DNA of 64,000 nucleotides from Candidatus Omnitrophota bacterium (GTDB lineage Bacteria; Omnitrophota; Gorgyraeia; 2-01-FULL-45-10; JAHFGN01): contig JAHFGN010000001.1 in assembly GCA_023247415.1 (NCBI GenBank), positions 10,062-74,061 of the forward strand, written 5' to 3'. The position numbers and the translations under genes were made by a program. Each line of letters begins with the position of its first letter. Position 1 is the first letter of the stretch. Positions 28,329 through 35,200 of the stretch are shown here, piece after piece. A model generated the notes under the pieces. It was not told the origin of the DNA. It made no database searches and saw only the letters and a list, made by a program, of their open reading frames with translations.

Positions 28329-31300
28329 ATGTCGAGAAATTTTAACAAATTTTGTGCTGCAGGGTGCCAACTTGTGGGACGTCCCCTTTTGGTCCTCGTA
28401 TTTCTCCTCAATGATCTGGGATTTGCCAGCGGCCACGATGCGCTGGCGCCTCACTATATCTCCGGGCTCCGCGAAGACGACGATAATGGCGCCGCGGTTC
28501 TTGACGCCCGCGCCAGCAGGGTCAAACAGGAGATGAGGGCGGCCGCATCGGGCGCGCTTGCCGAAAAGATACGCGCCAAATTACATGAGAAAAACATACC
28601 CGTAACCAGCGAAGAACTCGAGGAGATAGTCAGCGACAACGTCCGATCCGGCGGCCTGCGCCAGGCAGGGAGCGGTGAGTATACGCCGTCGCCGCAGGAA
28701 CTCGGGCTCATGGACAGCCTCGGCTTTGAGTTGGCTGATAAACAGGGCAGGGTCCGGTATAAGCGCGATTATAAACCGCCGGAGCTGGGTGTCGATCTCT
28801 GGTATATGACGCATGGCGCAACGGACGGAAATAAAGCGGCACTGCTTCAAGGGAGCCGTTCAGACGGAGAGCAAAGGTTTTATCTGAATGAGGAGGGGCA
28901 TAAACAGGCGAAAGAGGGCGCGGAGAAACTGTGGAATATTTTAGGCGTTCGCCTTATGACTGGCGAGAAGATCGTATTTTTGACAAGTCCGATAAGCCGC
29001 GCCCGCCAGACAGCAGATCATTTCATAAAGTTTGTCGAGATCAAAAGCGAGGGTAAGTTAAATATTGAATTAGTCCCTCTGGAAATACTTAAAGAGGTTG
29101 ACCATGGATTCTGGGATGGCAAGAAGAGAGAAGAGTTGCCGGAAGATGAGAAAATCCTGGCAGGGCAGAATTATGCAAGAAATGTCTTTGTAAAATCTCA
29201 AATTCTTCCGGGAGAAAACTTCCTCGAATTCATAAAACGTGTCCGCACCGCCGTCGAATTCATCAACCGCGAGTATAAAGGTAAGACGGTCATTATATTC
29301 GGACACGGTTTCTATTCAGCCGCAATCAAGATTGTCCTCAAGACCCAAGAGGTGGACCAAATAATCGCTGAAAAAGGATATATCGACTGGTCAAAACCTC
29401 TCCAACCCCATACTCACGAACGCTGCCAGCCGATCCATTTCGCTGCGACAGCAGGCGAGCGCAAGGCGACGAGCGGGGATGAGATTGAGCAATTTAAGCC
29501 AGTGGAATTGAGCCCGCAAAATATAGAGCGAGAAACGCCGCGGCAATTGGATGGCCTGCCAGCCAATACAGCGATGCTTCTTCGGGTCATACCGAAAACG
29601 CCCCAGGAAGCCCAGGAATGTAAAGATCTTGTCGAGCTCAATATCGGGCTAAGGCCCCTTATGACTTATGAAGGACTGTTAAAAATATACACTCAAGAGG
29701 CTCTCGCGCATAGGATCTCGAAGGGCGAAGGATCTCTGACAATATTGCTTCCCTTTAGACTTAAGGTCCCGGGCCTCAAAGGTCTCTCAGAGTTGAAGGC
29801 GGTATTAGGCATTGAAAAAACATGGGGAATGCTTCCAGATGAATTTCAATCGGACTTCAATCTTTTAGGAACAAGGAGAGATACAGTCGAAGTGCGAAGA
29901 AGATTGTTGACAGAGGCATTTAAACTACTTTCTGCCGGGGAGTTGCGCCTCGAAAATATAGCGGGATTTCCTATCGGCCTTCCAGAGAAAGCGGATAAAG
30001 AGTACTTCGCGAACGAGATGAAACTGGACCCGAATAGACTCTTCTCAGAGACTGAAGCGAATGAGATTTCAAGTCGGCTCGCAGCCGCAAAGGCCGAGCA
30101 GGAAGCTGAGAAATTACAAGAAAAACTGCAAAAAGAGCGAGATAGGGATGCCGCCCTGGCCGCTGCCAGGCTCGATCCAATTATTCAAAAGGCGAAGGCG
30201 GATCTAAACAGCATGCTCGATGAACTGGCCTCCTCTTCAGTCCCTCCGGCGCCGGATGAAGTGGAGGCCTTAAGAGGCGACATCGCTAAATTATCGGATG
30301 CCGAGCCGCTAGATAGAGGCAATTTTCAGCAGGCGGGCGCGAGCCTGAAAGGGCGCCCAGATGGTTTGCGTCGGAGGATCAAGAAGCTGGAAGAAAAATA
30401 TAGAGAAGAGCGAGAGATAACAGATTTGCTCTTGCGAATAATCTATTTAATAGACGCGAAAGATTGGCCAAAATTTTTGGCGCAGGATGTGCCGAACGCG
30501 TTCAGCTCTAATATTCTTGGGGAATATCCAAAGCTGAGCGATCGAACAGTCGAGCGCTTAAACCAGATAGTTCACTCTATCCATCAGGCGCTGCATTCTC
30601 AACACTTCGATGACCCAATAATTTATTCTACCTTAAGGACCATCCAGGCCATGATTGTGAACGCCTTAGCAGCCGCTGGAAGGATATCAGAGTCAGCGGC
30701 GCAAGTTTTCTGCGAAGACAACCTCTCAACTCAAGGCGATGTGTGGGTTCGCCAGAGAAATATTTGGTCAGAACGGCTTAAGCGAAGATTGGAAAGGGGT
30801 GGATTAGTCAAGGGCGGCCTTCCGCCTCCTCCTCCGCAGTCTATACTAAAGGCTATGGGGGCTAGAGGCAAGACGGGTGAGATAGCGTCCCGCTGCCTTG
30901 GGGTGTTTGACCTTCTCATTCTCTCAAGCAGGAGAGAGCAGTTCTCTGAGCCTGCGGCCCGGGATATCACTTTAGGGCCATTCACAGCTCTTTACTGCTC
31001 TATGCTCCGTATTGAAAAGGCTGACAATGGCGCGATTGCCGGTGTCTCCGACTATTTAAAATCGTTGTATCTACGCGTTGGCGAGGTGCCGGCAGATATA
31101 AAAAAGGGCGTCCTCTTAGGCAAGGCGGCCTATCTTGTTAATCTCGGGATGGTCGAGGTTTCGCTCGCCAGCATGGCGTCAGACCATTTCGGCGCTAAAG
31201 ACTTTGCGGCTGAATTTATGGATGTCGCCAGAGGGATATCCAAGTGGTTACCCAAAAAATACCCAGAATACAAGCCTTGGTATCCGCCGCTTCTGGCCGC

Positions 31301-32033
31301 GTATCTGAATGAGCCTGGCAGGCCCGCGCCTGAGGCGCAGGCTGGCGGCCAGACCGCGCCAACAACATCTGACCGAAAATCTACGAGCGGGATAAGGCAG
31401 GGCCTCGCCGCCGGTCCGGCAGTTCGCGCTGCAATGAGCGGAAGGGAAAAGAAAGAGGCGCGGGGGGCTAACATTCCCCAATCCCTAAGCGGCAAGATGG
31501 CTTTGCGCAAGACTCTCTTGACTTTGGTCTCTAAAGAATTGCAAAAAGGGCCTGTCGTGATAGCCACTGACACTGAACTTGTGCCAATTGAGATTGCCCA
31601 GATGGCTGAGAAGGTGACGAAGAGGTACTTAGGCGGCAGCGTGATGCATATAAGAGGCGCTGGTGAGAAGCTTCTTGAAGCTATCAGGGCCAAAGGCCTA
31701 AACCCGAAAGATGTTGTGATAATAGCCGGAGACAACACTGCGGGAGAGGCCCGAAAATTAGGGACTGTCATCCATGTCAAAAATCCGGAAGGAGAGTTCT
31801 TACCTATATTAATAGAGCTCTATGACCTCGCCCTGAAGATACTATATGGCCTGGGCGAGGAGAAGATATTGGAGTCTCTTAAGGGTATCAGCGCGGATAG
31901 ATGTGATGAGGCGGATGTGAAGAGGCTGCTCATTGAAGGCATAATCAGGATTCTGCCGAAGACAATTAAGATATCTGGCGCGGAGAAGCTAGAGGCGTAC
32001 AGCGCGACTCAAGCCGCCCTCCAATCGCTGTAA
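28329..32033 (+). CDS. Giant-family protein (about 1234 aa): TLAP N-domain, histidine-phosphatase (phosphoglycerate-mutase-like) domain, coiled coil, family C-module
   Basis: 'LWYMTHGATDGN' and 'VIIFGHGFYSAA' are branch-1 histidine-phosphatase motifs with a THG core. The C-module is about 70% identical to that of the preceding gene. The annotated 5' end is encoded by a REP element, so the true start is uncertain; an in-frame TTG lies before 'VLVFLLNDLGFASG'. Confidence 0.75.
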   Translation: MSRNFNKFCAAGCQLVGRPLLVLVFLLNDLGFASGHDALAPHYISGLREDDDNGAAVLDARASRVKQEMRAAASGALAEKIRAKLHEKNIPVTSEELEEIVSDNVRSGGLRQAGSGEYTPSPQELGLMDSLGFELADKQGRVRYKRDYKPPELGVDLWYMTHGATDGNKAALLQGSRSDGEQRFYLNEEGHKQAKEGAEKLWNILGVRLMTGEKIVFLTSPISRARQTADHFIKFVEIKSEGKLNIELVPLEILKEVDHGFWDGKKREELPEDEKILAGQNYARNVFVKSQILPGENFLEFIKRVRTAVEFINREYKGKTVIIFGHGFYSAAIKIVLKTQEVDQIIAEKGYIDWSKPLQPHTHERCQPIHFAATAGERKATSGDEIEQFKPVELSPQNIERETPRQLDGLPANTAMLLRVIPKTPQEAQECKDLVELNIGLRPLMTYEGLLKIYTQEALAHRISKGEGSLTILLPFRLKVPGLKGLSELKAVLGIEKTWGMLPDEFQSDFNLLGTRRDTVEVRRRLLTEAFKLLSAGELRLENIAGFPIGLPEKADKEYFANEMKLDPNRLFSETEANEISSRLAAAKAEQEAEKLQEKLQKERDRDAALAAARLDPIIQKAKADLNSMLDELASSSVPPAPDEVEALRGDIAKLSDAEPLDRGNFQQAGASLKGRPDGLRRRIKKLEEKYREEREITDLLLRIIYLIDAKDWPKFLAQDVPNAFSSNILGEYPKLSDRTVERLNQIVHSIHQALHSQHFDDPIIYSTLRTIQAMIVNALAAAGRISESAAQVFCEDNLSTQGDVWVRQRNIWSERLKRRLERGGLVKGGLPPPPPQSILKAMGARGKTGEIASRCLGVFDLLILSSRREQFSEPAARDITLGPFTALYCSMLRIEKADNGAIAGVSDYLKSLYLRVGEVPADIKKGVLLGKAAYLVNLGMVEVSLASMASDHFGAKDFAAEFMDVARGISKWLPKKYPEYKPWYPPLLAAYLNEPGRPAPEAQAGGQTAPTTSDRKSTSGIRQGLAAGPAVRAAMSGREKKEARGANIPQSLSGKMALRKTLLTLVSKELQKGPVVIATDTELVPIEIAQMAEKVTKRYLGGSVMHIRGAGEKLLEAIRAKGLNPKDVVIIAGDNTAGEARKLGTVIHVKNPEGEFLPILIELYDLALKILYGLGEEKILESLKGISADRCDEADVKRLLIEGIIRILPKTIKISGAEKLEAYSATQAALQSL
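28353..28390 (+). repeat. REP element copy (tgtgctgcagggtgccaacttgtgggacgtcccctttt)
   Basis: It is the same roughly 38-bp sequence as the two REPs flanking the RAYT gene. It contains the palindromes ctgcag and ggggacgtcccc. Confidence 0.75.
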
Positions 32034-32035
32034 AT

Positions 32036-32090
32036 TTTGTGCGGCAGGCACCCTGCCGCAGAGAGCAGGGTGCCTGCACACGGTTAAGAT
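32036..32090. repeat. Degenerate REP-like palindrome (possible REP pair/terminator)
   Basis: 'ttttgtgcggcaggcaccctgccgcagagagcagggtgcctgcacac' shares 'ttttgtgc.gcaggg.gcc' with the REP and folds as a long hairpin. Confidence 0.45.
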
Positions 32091-32113
32091 TGCAAAAATT
32101 TTGTTTTCGACCC

Positions 32114-32167
32114 TTGACAAGTGAAAGAATATCAGTATACTTATGTGGCTTTAAAATTAAAAAAATG
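32114..32167 (+). promoter_or_regulatory. Sigma70-type promoter (TTGACA-16-TATACT) plus conserved leader 'tATGTGGcTTtaaaaTTAAAAAAA' upstream of the 32216 giant gene
   Basis: -35 at 32114-32119 and -10 at 32136-32141. An AAGGAG RBS lies at about 32203-32208. Confidence 0.55.
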
Positions 32168-32215
32168 TTTACAAAGAATATGAGGAAGAAAAACAGCAAA
32201 CATAAGGAGAAGACC

Positions 32216-35200
32216 ATGGTCTCAGGCCGTAGATTATTTTTGAAGGTCATAGCATTAGCATTGGTTCCTACATTTATATCTTCCAGCATCACATTCGCCC
32301 AACCGATTCCGGATAACCGAAGCACGCTCGCTCCGGCATCGAGGACCGACGCCGTTGATGACAGCAACAGGGGTAGGGGGGATGTCCTCACCAATACCGT
32401 CGCGAAAAACTTCACTGATCAATGGTTTGAGGCATACGGCAGTAAGATTGCCAGAAAACTGTTCCTGGCATTGAGCCGGCCCGCAACGCCAGAAGTCGCC
32501 GAGGCTGTAGTCAAACACAATACTATAGGTATGGATGGCAAGACACAGCTTAGGTTCATCAACGCCGTAAAAGCGCGCATTGCGCCAACAACAACAGGCC
32601 TGCGCATGGCAGGGAGCGGAACCAGCCGCACTGCAACAAACGGCGAGACTGTCACGCCTCCGGGGAATATAAAACTGCTTGTTGCTCGAAATAAAGAGGC
32701 GATGGCGCGAGAGATGGCGGAGAGGATCGTGGTTAAAGTTCGTGAGGCAAACAGGGCGGGCCAACGGATGACGCTTGGTCTTGCAACAGGCGGCACGATG
32801 GAGCGCGTATATGAGCTCGTAGTTGAGATAACGAAAAACGAGAGACTCGACTGGTCTGGGGTCGTCACATTTAACCTCGATGAATATAAAGGTCTTTTGT
32901 CTACCCATAAACAGAGCTACAGGGCTTTCATGGATAAGCATCTATTCACCCCCCTCGTTCAATTTGGACTTAAGATTGAGGATACACATGTCTTTGACGG
33001 CACAGCGAGTGTTCCAGATGATGAGCTTCGTAAATTCCTTGGCATGATAAAACGACATGGCGGCGTAGACCTGCAGATCTTAGGCATCGGAAGCGACGGC
33101 CACTATGCATTCCACGAACCAGCAGTGGTAGTGGATGATGCCATGGCGAGCGCTATTTATAACGGTGAGCTCTCTCCAGAACAGACCGAAAAGGTTGGCG
33201 GATTCAACGAATTCATCATAACAGGTAAAGATCTTGCAGCGAAAAGCAATGCGATACAACGTGTAATACATGCCAAGTCAGTTTGGCTGACAGCGCTGGA
33301 GAGTAATGAAAGTATTCTCGCCAAAGTTAAAGAAGCGTGGACAAAGGAGAAAAGAGAGGTAAATGAAGCGGATATAAGAGGACAGCTGCGGCAGTTAGGC
33401 AAAAAACTGCTTCTTGGACAAACTCTTCATTTCTACATCGACGGATTGGATAAGGAAGCAAAGAAAAATCTTCTTTCTCACATAAGCTCGGACGAATTGT
33501 ACCGTATGTCATACGTGGGGAGAGTCGAATTGCATGATGCAAAAGAGTTCTTTGACAGCAAAGCAAAGGTCGTTGACCTTGCCCTCTCCACTATAATAGA
33601 CAATTCGCGGTACTTCCCGAGCCTGCTCGATGTGCCGACCCAGGCCTATACGCTGACAGGCGTTGTAAGAGAGGCAAAAGAGATATTGCTGGCCGCAAGC
33701 GGAGAAAACAAGGCCGAGGCAATAGCCGGCGCGCTCGGCAAGACCATATCACAGGAGGTCACATCGAGCATCCTGCAGACCCACCCAAATACGACCTTTA
33801 TCATCGCTGAAGACGCGCTCACCAAGGTGCCGTCCGAGGTAGTGACGAAAGCCGATAAAAATCGTGTCTTCGCCTCAGCCGCCCGCTCCGCGCTGAGCGG
33901 ATATACGCGAGAGGACGCGAAGCGAGAGGTGCCGGTAGCATTTGCCGAGCATCGCGCTTTTTGTATTGGGGAGCCGATAGTTGAGAATGAGTTGGGGATG
34001 TATATCCCGAGCTTTAATAAATGGACAGAATCTGATGTGAAGGCGTTTGAAGAGACGCTCAAAGATCTGCCCAATCTTGAAGGTATAGGTATAGACGGCG
34101 ATGGGAAGGCTGCTCTTACTATCAAGAAGGAGAAGTTTATATCCGACAGCCAGGTCCTGACCGGATTGATCAAATTTTTGTTTGACTGGGCCCAAAAGAG
34201 GGAAGAACGGGAAAAGAGCGAAGCGGTTTCGAATAACGAGGTGCTCGCGGCGTTTAAAGATCTGGTAAATTCGATCGCGCTTATAAGGACGAGCATCGGC
34301 TCGATGGCAAAGCCCGAGATAGAAGAAGATTCCGCCGCCAAACGATATGTCCTCGTCCTGGACGATACGCAGGCGCCTGCTACTGTGGACCAGCTCAAGA
34401 AAGAGGCCCGCCTGACAGCCATGTTCACAGGCATTGAGCCTCCTATACATTATGAATACGGCAGGGGTACTCCATGGGTAGGATTTACAGGATCGCATGC
34501 GGGCGCGGCGTCAATCTACACCAGCGTCGCGAGAACGAAGCAGTATGTTAAATTGATCGAGGAAGCGGTAAGGGACGGCCACAGCCAATATGCAGAATTG
34601 TTAAAGATGGCCTTTATCCAGTCGCTTAGCGGCAATATGGAAGCGAAAAACAAGATAGTTGAAACTATCATCGTCGCGGAACATGAAAATGATAATAAAA
34701 AAGCGCTTGAGAAGATAAAGGCGGAGGATAAGGACCGCTTCACCGAGACATTCGTATCCGTGGACCTGTCCAGGGCGCTTGGCCAACTCGCGCAGATACC
34801 GGAAGCGATCGCCAAGTCAGCCGAAAATTATCTCCTCACAGCGATTGACAAAGGCGAGATAAATGATTTTGTCGTAAAGAGATTTGGAGAGCTCCTGATA
34901 TTCGACGTGACGCATAACAATCCTATATACGACATCCACCTTCGGGCTCAAGAGATTATAGCCGCATCCATCAGAGAGGCGTTTGCTGAAGTGATAAGGC
35001 TTGGCTATTACAAGATTGAGCAAGAAAAGATAGATTTCACCAAGGCCAGCCTTCAGGAATTGGCGAAGGCGCTTGACTGGAATACGGATGAAATAAGATA
35101 TACGAAAGGACAGAGTAATAAACGAAAGTCCCAGCCCACCATGCGCCAGTTCATATTCGGCGCTGACGAGCGCGCGTTCAACAGTATCCTGTTCAACCTC

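Noticed and set aside
28316-28329. Possible stop-codon readthrough fusing the 22359 and 28329 giant genes (same frame, single TAA)
   Set aside because: The upstream protein ends exactly where all paralog C-modules end ('...ALESL'), and the downstream ORF begins with the family leader. Two separate genes is the parsimonious reading.
31130-31780. 216-aa minus-strand ORF (and the similar 27869-28090 minus-strand ORF)
   Set aside because: Both are antisense to the duplicated C-terminal module of the giant genes. Their mutual similarity merely reflects the sense-strand duplication.
32039-32215. ORF-track start of the 2021-aa protein at 32039
   Set aside because: That start lies inside a palindromic REP-like hairpin and upstream of the -35/-10 promoter. 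ATG 32216 with an AAGGAG RBS begins the conserved leader.
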